Shown piece by piece: positions 1 through 9,421 of a stretch of 64,000 nucleotides of DNA (position 1 is its first letter; each line of letters starts with the position of its first letter). The DNA is from a virus. Made by a program: the position numbers and the translations under genes. Below the pieces are notes generated by a model. That model ran no database searches. It had not been told where the DNA came from and saw only the letters and a program-made list of their open reading frames with translations. The stretch is from positions 37,469 to 101,468 of IMG/VR virus record IMGVR_UViG_3300050013_000165. One strand, 5' to 3'.

Positions 1-283
1 CTTCACTATCCCAAAAGGTAGGAGCGATACCGACAAGGTGATCCATTGTGATGTTCTCCCCACGCAGGCGAGCGGCCTTACACATCTCGGCGGCTTCGCG
101 TGTCTCAACAAACACGCCGAAACAGAATGAATCGCTCATGGGACCGGAGCGAACGTGAAAACCTCGCACGCCGCGATATTCACCGGCTCGGATTCTGATT
201 TGTTCGTGCGAGGGGCAATCGCAGAAAAGTGGGGTGCAAATACCAGCGCCGCAACTACAGCGACCACAAACTTGACAAGTCAT
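1..283 (-). CDS. Hypothetical protein with Cys-rich N-terminus (partial, runs off window edge)
   Basis: Read manually: GGAGG RBS then ATG at 283; MTCQVCGRCSCGAGICTPLFCDCPSH..., no stop before position 1. Confidence 0.55.
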   Translation of the reverse strand, partial: MTCQVCGRCSCGAGICTPLFCDCPSHEQIRIRAGEYRGVRGFHVRSGPMSDSFCFGVFVETREAAEMCKAARLRGENITMDHLVGIAPTFWDSE

Positions 284-387
284 CTTGAACCTCCCAGTTC
301 ATGTGTTGTTGTCAACATGATAACAGGGCTGTCAATAGCGGTTGACCAGGAGAATTAGATGGCGATTACTCCGGAGGTTTTCATAAC

Positions 388-549
388 ATGAAAACAATAC
401 TCAGTGAGGACGAATTAGACCTGGGAGACTGCCCATACCTCGCGCGATGGAACAATGAAGCTGGGCACGATCCCGAAGCTGTTGAAAAGGTCTGGGATGC
501 GTATTGCCCAAACGTATGCAGGTGGTGGGAAGTCAAAGAAATACCTTGA
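388..549 (+). CDS. Small hypothetical protein (53 aa)
   Basis: GGAGG upstream of ATG 388; MKTILSEDELDLGDCPYLARWNN...; below ORF-track cutoff. Confidence 0.4.
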   Translation: MKTILSEDELDLGDCPYLARWNNEAGHDPEAVEKVWDAYCPNVCRWWEVKEIP

Positions 550-919
550 AACCGTGCGAGCACGGCTAGAGCGTGAGTTCTGGCTCTCGATTTGGCCGTG
601 GTGGATCATCCAGTGGTTCCACACACGTTTCGAGCGTCGTGGGCTCCGCAGATGTCATAACGGTGATCACTGCGACATCATCGAAGAGACGTCGAACTGG
701 ACGACACTGACGCTCCTCTACACCTATTGCAAGTACTGCGGGCGTCCCTCGATGTGCACCTATTCGCATTATCCATACGATGGTTGGGCTCACTGTCACG
801 ACAAACATCGCTTCGAGCACGACACAGTTGAGCGTGTTCGGACGCTAATCAAACCAGAGCACTGGCGATCCATGATGGAGCGAGAAAGGACTTGGTTGCA
901 GCGATGGCCTACCGGTTGA
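455..919 (+). CDS. Hypothetical protein, Cys/His-rich (true start possibly GTG 554)
   Basis: ORF track; CxxC motif; follows the 388-549 ORF. Confidence 0.45.
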   Translation: MKLGTIPKLLKRSGMRIAQTYAGGGKSKKYLETVRARLEREFWLSIWPWWIIQWFHTRFERRGLRRCHNGDHCDIIEETSNWTTLTLLYTYCKYCGRPSMCTYSHYPYDGWAHCHDKHRFEHDTVERVRTLIKPEHWRSMMERERTWLQRWPTG

Positions 920-1110
920 ACGAACGCAGCACCGTCCACGATGGAACGCTCGTCTACAACACAGATACGGATGAACAAGGGAAGGCCACGCGCATACACA
1001 ATCATCTCAACGTGACGTGGCAGAACGGCCGGAGCACGCTGCATCCCATCGACCAGTTTCGTCGGCGCAAAGATGCAAAAGATTTGGAGTATTTAGAGCT
1101 TGCGCCGTGA
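892..1110 (+). CDS. Hypothetical protein
   Basis: ORF track; overlaps the preceding stop. Confidence 0.4.
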   Translation: MVAAMAYRLNERSTVHDGTLVYNTDTDEQGKATRIHNHLNVTWQNGRSTLHPIDQFRRRKDAKDLEYLELAP

Positions 1111-1230
1111 GAATTAGGCATTACAATTGCAATGAAGCGGCGGCTGGGCAGGAGCGGCGACTGGTGACATCGTCGGACCTGAGACCTCCAAATCGATAGG
1201 TTCCTTTCCCTGACCCAGCCGCTGCCCCAA

Positions 1231-1410
1231 TTAGGCCTTTCGGCGTCGATACTTCGTTGAGCCGACTGCGTTGCACGCTCCGAAGTGTGGAGCGTTGTAG
1301 CAAACAGGACAGTGTCCTTGTGTTTGCCGCTTGCCGTGGAAGATGCCTCGATTGCGTAAGTACGCCGCCATCTCACGGTCTTTGTTCTTTTGGACTTGAT
1401 TAGAAGCCAT
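1231..1410 (-). CDS. Small basic Zn-binding-like protein (59 aa)
   Basis: AAGGAGG RBS; MASNQVQKNKDREMAAYLRNRGIFHGKRQTQGHCPVCYNAPHFGACNAVGSTKYRRRKA*. Confidence 0.6.
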   Translation of the reverse strand: MASNQVQKNKDREMAAYLRNRGIFHGKRQTQGHCPVCYNAPHFGACNAVGSTKYRRRKA

Positions 1411-1703
1411 GACGAAAAGTTCACCTCCTTCAGGTTTACCTAGTCGTCATGGCGCGACTCCTTAATCATTTGAATTCCTTTCGTTCCGAATTTCGGAAAG
1501 CCGATCAACGTAGCACGCGATAATGCCCCGACGCAGAGCGAGGGCGACTCTCTCTGAATCAGGGCATCGTCGGGAGCTACCCAACACTCGCCTGCGCTTG
1601 GTGAGCCGGTCATCTTCGTCACGGCCGGAATTTGGACTCCGGCTTGCTCGTCGATGGGAGTGCGGACTTTCGGCGCGCAGACCGCAGCACTCGCATTAGC
1701 CAG

Positions 1704-1776
1704 CTCCCCCAGGAGGACTTGAACCTCCGACCCTCGGATTAACAATCCGGTGCTCTGCCGACTGAGCTACAGGGGA
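1704..1776 (-). tRNA. tRNA-Asn (GTT), CCA not encoded
   Basis: Reverse complement TCCCCTG TA GCTC AGTCGGCA GAGC A CCGGA TTGTTAA TCCGA GGGTC GGAGG TTCAAGT CCTCC TGGGGGA G: full cloverleaf, G73 discriminator. Confidence 0.93.
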
Positions 1777-1831
1777 ATGATGCATCTTGATCTATTAGCA
1801 CCATTGACTCTAATGCTCGACTGGTGCAACA

Positions 1832-2116
1832 TCAATAACGAGCCAGCCGGACGAACTTGCGAAGCGAATAAATCGTCAAATCGACGTCCCCAGGCCCGCT
1901 CGGTTGTCCCTCTGGCTGTGTGCGCCAGGTGTGATGCTCGAACTGCTTGGCTAATCCGCAACCCTCTGCGGCTGTTTCAAGCTTGACCCCCATGAGATCG
2001 AGATCGTCTGTACCGGCAACGTGTAATCCGTGGATAGTTGAACCGATGATTACCCGCAAAAACTCGCCGGGGTAAGCCCGAGGTGATCCATCGGCATTCA
2101 ATTTGATTTCAGGCAT
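1832..2116 (-). pseudogene. Truncated RlaP-like (Pol-beta superfamily, PF10127-type) nucleotidyltransferase, N-terminal fragment
   Basis: LRVIIGSTIHGLHVAGTDDLDLMGV (GS..HG..DxD motif) and DLTIYSLRKFVRLA, then an immediate stop at 94 aa; family members are normally much longer. Confidence 0.7.
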
Positions 2117-2347
2117 AACGCTCCATCGTGCAAATCGGGGAGTCCCCGCAGCCATTATCCATTACACATTAAGTCATTAGATAAAGATTCTAATGACATT
2201 ACGCAATACAAAGATTCCTAATCTCTACTTTTCCGGTGAAGCGAGCGAAGCGAGAAGAGATAAAGGGGAGGCTCGCCCGTTGGTCGGTCAACGTAGTGAG
2301 AAAATCAGACTCTTGTCAAATGCCGAGGCAGACGCTACGTTTTTTCT

Positions 2348-2584
2348 GTGCCGCTTTTCGACAAGCTTCTTGAATCCCCACGTCGTCGCTATCTCGATTT
2401 GAACAACAAGTGGCGACCTTCTCGACAGTCAGTTCAAGGTGTGGCTTGCCCGCATTGTGGAAGTCTCCCCGGCAAAGCATGCGTTCGATGGAGTCGAAGC
2501 GAGAAGAGAACCGTATTACGTAAATCAAATCACGAGGAACGATTAGCTGCTCTTTTGGACTGGTTAGAGGAGACCCTTGGATGA
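2348..2584 (+). CDS. Phage zinc-finger protein
   Basis: CPHCGSLPGKAC...NHEER motif. Confidence 0.65.
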   Translation: MPLFDKLLESPRRRYLDLNNKWRPSRQSVQGVACPHCGSLPGKACVRWSRSEKRTVLRKSNHEERLAALLDWLEETLG

Positions 2585-2850
2585 GCGAGCCCCAACTGGT
2601 GTTTACGAAGCACAGCTTGACCGACAAATGGAAGAGTCAGATTACGGAAGCCTTCGCCGCCTGCCGAACGAATCAGGACGCCAACCATTTGTACAAGCGA
2701 ATTTTTCACTTCTACTTCATCCGCAAGTTTCACGACCCTGGTTACAACGAGCCTGAGTACCAGACTTGGAAGCAAGTGCGGGATTACATCTCTGAGGCAT
2801 TACGTCGCCGCTTTGCTACTTTCGCTGGCTACAAAGATACCAACGTCTAA
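2581..2850 (+). CDS. Hypothetical protein
   Basis: ATGA-coupled ORF. Confidence 0.6.
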   Translation: MSEPQLVFTKHSLTDKWKSQITEAFAACRTNQDANHLYKRIFHFYFIRKFHDPGYNEPEYQTWKQVRDYISEALRRRFATFAGYKDTNV

Positions 2851-2858
2851 CAGGACTT

Positions 2859-3314
2859 TTGTCATATGGGAAGCATTATGGCATTACCGGTGTTAGATTC
2901 ATTAGATGGACAAGGAGGTCCAAGGTGAAAAGGAACAGGCTGCACATAGCGTTTTGGATGTGGATGCTGCTTATCGGCGGGTTCGCTGTTTTACTTGGTT
3001 CGTCTTCACACACTGTTGATGGCATTGCCACCGGCATGATCCTTGTTGCTCTTGCTGCTGCTCTGATTTGGTTTCTCCGTTGCGGGTGGTCGGCTGCCCA
3101 TTATTTCAATCAGCAACTCACCGTCGCTGCGACCCCGGTCATGTCTCCGCAGGAGATCAACCAACGCTTCATTAACGACCAGGGGCGTGAGCCAACTATC
3201 GAAGAGGTTGCTGCAATTCAGCAAATGCTTCGTAATGAGCACAACGACGCCTTGGTGCGTTCGGGGATTGGCATTGGAGCACTTCTCTTCATTGGGCGTA
3301 GCGCCAGGCTCTAA
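2859..3314 (+). CDS. Membrane protein (start possibly GTG 2925)
   Basis: Two N-terminal hydrophobic segments plus one C-terminal segment. Confidence 0.6.
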   Translation: MSYGKHYGITGVRFIRWTRRSKVKRNRLHIAFWMWMLLIGGFAVLLGSSSHTVDGIATGMILVALAAALIWFLRCGWSAAHYFNQQLTVAATPVMSPQEINQRFINDQGREPTIEEVAAIQQMLRNEHNDALVRSGIGIGALLFIGRSARL

Positions 3315-3323
3315 ACTGGGCTC

Positions 3324-3707
3324 ATGCCACGACGCCCAGGCGGATTAGGTGACTACGGTCGCCGTCGAGTAGACGATCTTCTTTCTCCCTTTCTGAGCGT
3401 CGATCCGGTCGAGCCCGAAGGCAACCCGGCGGCGCTCACCATCTCAATTCCCGATGAGCGAGAGTTTGTCCCCGATTACTGGGACACCTTTGATTCTTCG
3501 CGGGTCCGCGAAGCTGTCTATGACCGAGAGCACCAGCGGCTCTATGTTCGGTTCGTAAAACCCGAGCCAGTCGGGACGCCGTGGACCTATGAAGGAGTGC
3601 CAGAGAATGTTTGGCGCAATTTCAAAGCATCAAAGTCGCAAGGGAAATTCGTCAATCGAGTTCTCAACCAGTACTCCTACCACCAAGGGACCTGGAACTC
3701 TCGCTGA
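3324..3707 (+). CDS. KTSC-domain protein
   Basis: SSRVREAVYD..QRLYVRF..WTYEGVPENVWRNFKASKSQGKFVN matches the KTSC consensus. Confidence 0.8.
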   Translation: MPRRPGGLGDYGRRRVDDLLSPFLSVDPVEPEGNPAALTISIPDEREFVPDYWDTFDSSRVREAVYDREHQRLYVRFVKPEPVGTPWTYEGVPENVWRNFKASKSQGKFVNRVLNQYSYHQGTWNSR

Positions 3708-3719
3708 TCAGGTGATTGC

Positions 3720-4136
3720 GTGATCGCCTTCATCCATGCGAGCTTGCGTTACGACCTAGACCACCTCCGGCATTTTTTCGCCTTCGCATTTAATCCAGAC
3801 AACTGGATCACCAACGGGTCCGAACAAGTCATTGCGGCTCTCGTCATCTTCGTCTTCAGTGCATTTTTCGTGAAGAAAATTTGGCCCAAATGGAAGGCTC
3901 GCCTCAGCGCTCGACTGAAGAAGGGCGACACCTTTCTTCACGAAATTGTCGGGCACCTCCTGAAGCCACATCTCGATGCACACCATGATCGAATGGTGCG
4001 CTCGATCCGAGGCGAACTTCGAGCAAAGCCTGTGTTGCCTAAAGCTCCGCAGCGCTCTGCTCCGAGGTTGCCGACCCCGGCAAAGAAAAGCTCTCCAAAG
4101 AGGAGATCACCGACACGAAGGAGTTCTAATTCATGA
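3720..4136 (+). CDS. Membrane protein with basic tail
   Basis: One TM helix; K/R/P-rich C-terminus. Confidence 0.55.
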   Translation: MIAFIHASLRYDLDHLRHFFAFAFNPDNWITNGSEQVIAALVIFVFSAFFVKKIWPKWKARLSARLKKGDTFLHEIVGHLLKPHLDAHHDRMVRSIRGELRAKPVLPKAPQRSAPRLPTPAKKSSPKRRSPTRRSSNS

Positions 4137-5113
4137 CACGTACCGCTGGACGAGTAGGTCCGCATCGCGAAAGTCACGAGGAGTCGCTTCTCGTAACCAA
4201 CTTCTCAGCGGCGGGCGAGTCCAATGCATATGCCGACTGGGATGGGACGCACGGCATTACCGAATGGGGAATGGACAACAACGGTCCTGACCCGACCAAT
4301 CCTCCGGCGTTTCCTGACGGACTTGGTTGTTGTGGAGGTGCTGCACCTGATCACGGCAACATGGCGAAGAAGGACGACGTCTCGTTGCTCGGCACGCTTG
4401 GTCAACCAAAATTTTCTGGCATGCTCGGCACATATTTTGCATTTGGTGTGTCACAAGGTGAGGTCGGCCAACCTCCGGCACCAGAAGATGAGCCCGACCA
4501 AGGTGTTGCAAATGCTCCTTGGTTGAAGTTCCTTTTCGAGAACGGGATCCTCGACGAGTACGCCGAAGTTCCGCTCGATCAGCTAGACACCTATGCGCCG
4601 ATTGGCAACGGTCTTTTGATTGGTGTGCAGCTCGATGCGCAGGCGCAGCAACAGTTCGAGAATCAGGAGCCGTGGGACGGAGCGCCGGACCCCGAGATGG
4701 GGCACGACGTTTGGCTCATCAAGCTCAATGCTGATGGTTCGGGTGAGGTGATTAGTTGGGGAGCGAACCAGGCGTTCACTCTCAACTTCCGACAGAACAA
4801 CATCACCGACGCTTGGTTGATTGGTGACAACGACGACCCGACCGTGGATCATGACGCACTGCATGCAGCAATCGTTGCGCTCGGTGGTGCATCGAACAAC
4901 CAAACGCCGCCAGCAGACGACACGCCACCTCCTGCGCCTCCGGCGAAGGGGAAGTCGAAGATCAAGGACGTGCTCGAATCCGTTGAACACGACATCGAAG
5001 AAGCTGTGCACGATGTTGATGAAGAAGCAAAGCGACTCGCCAGTGACGTCAGTAAGGGCGTTTTCGGTCGAAGCAATGCGGACGTTTCAAACGGGCCTGG
5101 TCCAAGACGGTGA
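4133..5113 (+). CDS. Putative papain-like cysteine peptidase
   Basis: N..GCCGGAA (Cys), GHDVWL (His) and ISWG motifs in papain-fold order. Confidence 0.55.
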   Translation: MTRTAGRVGPHRESHEESLLVTNFSAAGESNAYADWDGTHGITEWGMDNNGPDPTNPPAFPDGLGCCGGAAPDHGNMAKKDDVSLLGTLGQPKFSGMLGTYFAFGVSQGEVGQPPAPEDEPDQGVANAPWLKFLFENGILDEYAEVPLDQLDTYAPIGNGLLIGVQLDAQAQQQFENQEPWDGAPDPEMGHDVWLIKLNADGSGEVISWGANQAFTLNFRQNNITDAWLIGDNDDPTVDHDALHAAIVALGGASNNQTPPADDTPPPAPPAKGKSKIKDVLESVEHDIEEAVHDVDEEAKRLASDVSKGVFGRSNADVSNGPGPRR

Positions 5114-5117
5114 CCTA

Positions 5118-5441
5118 ATGCCGCCAGGAGACATCACTGATGCTCGCCGCGTCTTCTCGTTTGATGAGATCGAGAAGGCTGGTGACTACTTCCTCGGTCA
5201 GATCGACGATGGAGGAGTTATCAAACCGATGGTTTGGTTTTTGTTACCTACTCACAAGGGAACAGACAAATTTGATCGGCCTGACGAGCACAGTGGTCTC
5301 CACGGTTTGACCGAACCACCGTGGACCATTCGAGAGTGTGGAGATGGTTCGATTGAAGTCAGAGCATCAATAGGATGCGGGCCAGAGCCTTACTATTGGC
5401 ACGGCTACCTCGATGAGGGTAATCATTGGCGGGAAGTCTGA
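5118..5441 (+). CDS. DUF6527-like protein
   Basis: W..RECGDGSIEVRASI....WHGYLDEGNHW pattern; ATG 5118. Confidence 0.5.
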   Translation: MPPGDITDARRVFSFDEIEKAGDYFLGQIDDGGVIKPMVWFLLPTHKGTDKFDRPDEHSGLHGLTEPPWTIRECGDGSIEVRASIGCGPEPYYWHGYLDEGNHWREV

Positions 5442-5517
5442 TGAAGGACTGCTCGCAACTGAAGGCTCGAATTGACGAAGTTGCGAACACCATTGATCAA
5501 GTTTTGGAGGAAAACGA

Positions 5518-5886
5518 GTGGCAGTTAACGAAGTCTCAATTAGGGCGCTCTACACCGCCATCGTCAAGCTCGAAAAAGGTGCCCCCCTTGTCCACGTCTC
5601 GGGGTGCATCCAACAGCACCCCCCGTTCCGTCGAGGAAAGGTCCTTATAGTCAAGGTTCTTCCCCGACGAGGCATTGCAGTTGGTGTGTGGACACGGAGA
5701 AAAGTTCCTGACTGGATGCCGGATTGGATGGCCGACGAACTCTGGATTTTGCCGGAGTCGTGGGATAACCTCCCTCCTGAAGATTTGACCAAATTCAAGG
5801 ACATTGCAAATTGGTTTGCCGATGATGCTGAGACGCCGAACAACAGCGAAACAGAACGAGACACCAAACCAGTCGAAGCTGGCTGA
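5518..5886 (+). CDS. Hypothetical phage protein
   Basis: ORF track; operon context. Confidence 0.55.
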   Translation: MAVNEVSIRALYTAIVKLEKGAPLVHVSGCIQQHPPFRRGKVLIVKVLPRRGIAVGVWTRRKVPDWMPDWMADELWILPESWDNLPPEDLTKFKDIANWFADDAETPNNSETERDTKPVEAG

Positions 5887-6106
5887 GCGCGCCTCGAACC
5901 TCGGTGACGATGAGTTAGTGAAGCTCCTCGAAGCGTCCATCGCATCTATGTCGAGCTACGTCCCCGAGTACCGCTCGACGAGAGATGTTGCTTTTCTCGG
6001 GGAGATTCGACTGTCGGCTGAAATGGCCTACTCACTTGCTGATGAACTATTCAGTCGAGGGCAAGACTCCGCAGTCAAGCGCACTCGACAGTTCTTGGGC
6101 CGCTAA
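5804..6106 (+). CDS. Hypothetical helical phage protein
   Basis: TAATG-coupled to the following gene. Confidence 0.6.
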   Translation: MQIGLPMMLRRRTTAKQNETPNQSKLAERASNLGDDELVKLLEASIASMSSYVPEYRSTRDVAFLGEIRLSAEMAYSLADELFSRGQDSAVKRTRQFLGR

Positions 6107-6879
6107 TGCCTGTCGATGTTGTTGTCGTGAACTACAAGACACCGGATTTGCTTCAAGACTTCATTCGTTCTTATGAAGCCTTGGAACTACCGGGTTGCAC
6201 GCTCACTATTGTTGAAGTTGAAGCGAACATTCCTGAAGATTGGCTTCGTGCTGAAGAATCCAATTCAAGGCAAACTCTCTTCTTTCGGGAAAACATTGGA
6301 TATGGAAAAGCGTGCAACGAAGGGGCAGCTCTCGGGCACAATTCCATAATTCTCTTCGCTAACGCTGACACCCTTTTGAGTGATGGGTTCAGGGAATGCC
6401 ATGACGCTTTAAGAGACCATCCGAATTGGGGAGTTCTCGGACCTCGACAAGTGAACGAGTTCAACTGCTTTACTGCGGGCGGCATCCCTGGTGGACCTCA
6501 CGGCCATGTTCAACGTGGTTGGAACCAAACCGATGTTGGTCAGTGCAGCGATGTGCTTGAAGACGTCTACTCGGTTTCGGGTTCGCTTTATTTCATCAAA
6601 CGCTCTGTGTGGAAAGAACTGACTGAGTGTCCGGTTTGGAAAGAGTATGCACCCAATGCTGTTGGAGCCTTCTTGGAGACGCGGCACTACTTCGAAGAGA
6701 CGACGTGTTCTCGGCATCTCACTGCTCACGGGCACATCAATGTGTTCTACGGACCCGTGAAGATGACACACCTCTTTCATCGTTCATCAGATCACGGGGG
6801 TTGGCAGGATCGAGAGGTCACCAACAGCAAAACGATGCACAGAGAATTTCTTGCGCTACACGGCATTGAACATGAGTAA
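6106..6879 (+). CDS. Glycosyltransferase family 2
   Basis: VDVVVVNYKT, NIGYGKACNEG, FANAD, VSGS, YFEE motifs. Confidence 0.85.
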   Translation: MPVDVVVVNYKTPDLLQDFIRSYEALELPGCTLTIVEVEANIPEDWLRAEESNSRQTLFFRENIGYGKACNEGAALGHNSIILFANADTLLSDGFRECHDALRDHPNWGVLGPRQVNEFNCFTAGGIPGGPHGHVQRGWNQTDVGQCSDVLEDVYSVSGSLYFIKRSVWKELTECPVWKEYAPNAVGAFLETRHYFEETTCSRHLTAHGHINVFYGPVKMTHLFHRSSDHGGWQDREVTNSKTMHREFLALHGIEHE

Positions 6880-7309
6880 CAAACTTCGGTGTAGTGCTTG
6901 TCGGCTGAATAAGGGTGAAGCAGAGTTTGCACTGAATTCCCGAACTAAGACTGGGCATCAAAATCAATGCCGTAGTTGCATGAAGAAGCACAACTCTCGT
7001 TATACAACTGATGATTACCGCTGGAAGAAAATCCTTTGGATGTATCATCTGACCCGAGCGCAATTTGAAGCCCTCTTGAAAAAGCAGGGCGGTCGTTGCG
7101 CCATTTGTCGGACGAAACGCCCAGGAGGTCGGTACAACCGTTGGGTAATCGATCACGATCACAAGTGTTGCGACGGCCCTTATTCCTGCGGTAAGTGTGT
7201 TCGAGGATTGCTGTGCAATCGATGTAATCACGGTTTAGGAAACTTTGCAGATAATCAAAAAGCTCTTCAGCGTGCTGTCATCTATCTTGAACGAATCGAG
7301 CACGAGTGA
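6872..7309 (+). mobile_element. Endonuclease VII-family homing endonuclease
   Basis: QGGRCAIC..IDHDH..VRGLLCNRCN.GLG; ends IEHE* like the upstream GT. Confidence 0.85.
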
Positions 7310-7412
7310 TGGAAGACATTCGAGATCGAGACTGGTGTGCTTGTGTTGATCCACTTCTCAATCAGTGCAAGGAGCGTCACTGTCCGTGGAAGAGAAAGCG
7401 ACTTGAAGAAGA

Positions 7413-8144
7413 ATGAGACTTTTTGCTTTTACGGTTGGAAAGAACGAGGAGAGTCGATACCTGTCTTCCATGATTCGCAATCTTGATGGCTTTGTCGATG
7501 ATCACTTTTTTTACGACGATCAATCGACAGATCGAACATTGGATATTGCTGACGTTTTGGGTTGTGTCGCTATCCGGCGTCCTGATGGGGTGGCCTCTTT
7601 TTCAGAAGATGAGGGAATGTTTCGCGAAGCCGCTTGGAAGTCTTTTGAGCTTCATATGCATCCCCGGCTTGGTGATTGGGTTCTCGTAATTGACTGTGAC
7701 GAGTTTCTTTCCATCAAAGGTCAGGGTGTCGAGTTCAACGACATCATGCGTGGTGGAACGGCCGTCAATCTGAGTATCCCCGAAGTTTTCGGCTTTGATA
7801 CAGATGGGTGCCCTCTTGTTCGCACGGATCGAAAGTGGGGAACAATTTTTGCTCCCCGACTTTTCGCCTATCAAGAAAATGGTGGCTTCGCTCGGGGCAA
7901 GGTTGGTGTTCCTGCTGTTCCGAGTTACGTCATGGCGACCCCGAATCGGGTCTCGACGGACGATGTCGTTTTGATGCACTTGGGGTACGCACGGTTTGAA
8001 GATCAAGAGATCAAATACGCTCGATACAACGGCGTCGATGGTCATTCTGACGAACACGTTCAGTCAATTGTGTCACCGGACAAGACGCTTGTTCGGTGCG
8101 AAGAGTGGAAGTGCAGGATTCCGTGGAAACAGTTGATGTCATAG
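7413..8144 (+). CDS. Glycosyltransferase family 2-like
   Basis: KNEE.RYL, DDQSTDRT, WVLVIDCDEF, HLGY motifs. Confidence 0.85.
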   Translation: MRLFAFTVGKNEESRYLSSMIRNLDGFVDDHFFYDDQSTDRTLDIADVLGCVAIRRPDGVASFSEDEGMFREAAWKSFELHMHPRLGDWVLVIDCDEFLSIKGQGVEFNDIMRGGTAVNLSIPEVFGFDTDGCPLVRTDRKWGTIFAPRLFAYQENGGFARGKVGVPAVPSYVMATPNRVSTDDVVLMHLGYARFEDQEIKYARYNGVDGHSDEHVQSIVSPDKTLVRCEEWKCRIPWKQLMS

Positions 8145-8755
8145 TTCCAACCTGTGGCGATATCGATGTATGGAAGCCGTTGGCCGAGCGTGCTCAACAG
8201 TCGGCCTTCAACCAAGTTGTCAAAGCGAATCGAGTGATCTGGTCACACAAGGCGACGGTTTCCGAAGCTCGGAACTTCGGAGCTTCACTCAGCACCGGAG
8301 ATTGGCTGATCTTTCTTGACGCCGACGATGAACTTGACCCACGGTATATCGAGCACATGATCGCGGGGAGTGGAGATATACGGCAACCTTCGACGCTCGG
8401 GGTCGTTAATGGCGTCGAGGATGATTTTCCAGTTCTTATCGAGCAGAAGAGCCTCATCATAGGTAACTATCTGATAATCGGCTCGATGGTCCGGCGGAAG
8501 TTGTTCTTGTCGGTAGGGGGTTTCCGTGACTTCCCGATTCTTGAAGATTGGGATTTATTTATTCGCCTCGCACTGGCTGGGGCTAAAATTGGCAAATGCC
8601 CTGATGCCATTTATCGGGTGCATGTACTTCCCGATAGTCGAAATAAACAGGGAGACTCAATTCATGGCAGCGTCTACAGTCAAATCCAAAGGGAACACGA
8701 AGCCGCTTGGTTCGCAAAGTTCCACCGTGACGAGTCATCCTTGTACGTTGTGTAA
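8096..8755 (+). CDS. Glycosyltransferase family 2 (start probably GTG 8123)
   Basis: VIVPT, ARNFGA, FLDADDEL, EDWDLFIR motifs. Confidence 0.85.
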   Translation: MRRVEVQDSVETVDVIVPTCGDIDVWKPLAERAQQSAFNQVVKANRVIWSHKATVSEARNFGASLSTGDWLIFLDADDELDPRYIEHMIAGSGDIRQPSTLGVVNGVEDDFPVLIEQKSLIIGNYLIIGSMVRRKLFLSVGGFRDFPILEDWDLFIRLALAGAKIGKCPDAIYRVHVLPDSRNKQGDSIHGSVYSQIQREHEAAWFAKFHRDESSLYVV

Positions 8756-9140
8756 GCGACCAATTAAGAGCAAATACAAGCGTTGCAGTAACTGTCGTCA
8801 AGGTCAACGAGAGGATTATTACGCCAATCACGACCGCTTATTGAAGAAAATGCGTGAGCGTGATCCAGAAGGACGATTTGCTTACAACATAAAGCGTTGG
8901 TACGGAATCACGCTTGACGAGTACAACTCTTTGTTGAAAGAGCAGGGCGGGGGGTGCGCCATTTGCCATTCGACAGAACCGGCAGGCAAAAGAGTCAAGC
9001 GGTTTTCTGTTGACCATGACCACCGGACCGGAAAAGTTCGAGGTCTGCTTTGTAATCTTTGCAATCACTTGCTTGGCTGTGCTCGGGATGATTTGCAGCT
9101 TTTAGTAAATGCCGTTGCGTATTTGGAGCGGGTGGCATGA
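8664..9140 (+). mobile_element. Endonuclease VII-family homing endonuclease
   Basis: YGITLDEY..QGGGCAIC..VDHDH.TGKVRGLLCNLCN; GGGAGA RBS before ATG 8664. Confidence 0.85.
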
Positions 9141-9421
9141 CCAATAAAATTTATCTAAATACTAACGAAATTATCTTTCTAAACGCCGACCATCAATTAG
9201 TTGATGGAAGTGCTGTTCATCCTCTGATGTGTGAACAGACAATGGAGCACATGAGAGAAGTCCACGGTGTTACAGACGGTTATACCGAAGGTGCAATTTT
9301 GGACTTGTCGTGGTGGCTGCAACAACACTTGAAACTTCACCCACCAATTACTCGGAAGTGGCCTGACCTTAATGAGCCTGGGTATGGTCGTCCAATAAAA
9401 ATGAAACCTGTAAAACGATGA
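9137..9421 (+). CDS. Hypothetical cargo gene inside the endonuclease cassette
   Basis: ATGA-coupled; lies between the HEG and the displaced GT 3' end. Confidence 0.55.
   Translation: MTNKIYLNTNEIIFLNADHQLVDGSAVHPLMCEQTMEHMREVHGVTDGYTEGAILDLSWWLQQHLKLHPPITRKWPDLNEPGYGRPIKMKPVKR

Noticed and set aside
1440-1745. 101-aa minus-strand ORF
   Set aside because: Begins inside tRNA-Asn and runs through structured RNA
1704-1776. tRNA as a prophage attachment site
   Set aside because: No integrase, no duplicated tRNA 3' end, and phage-like genes on both sides
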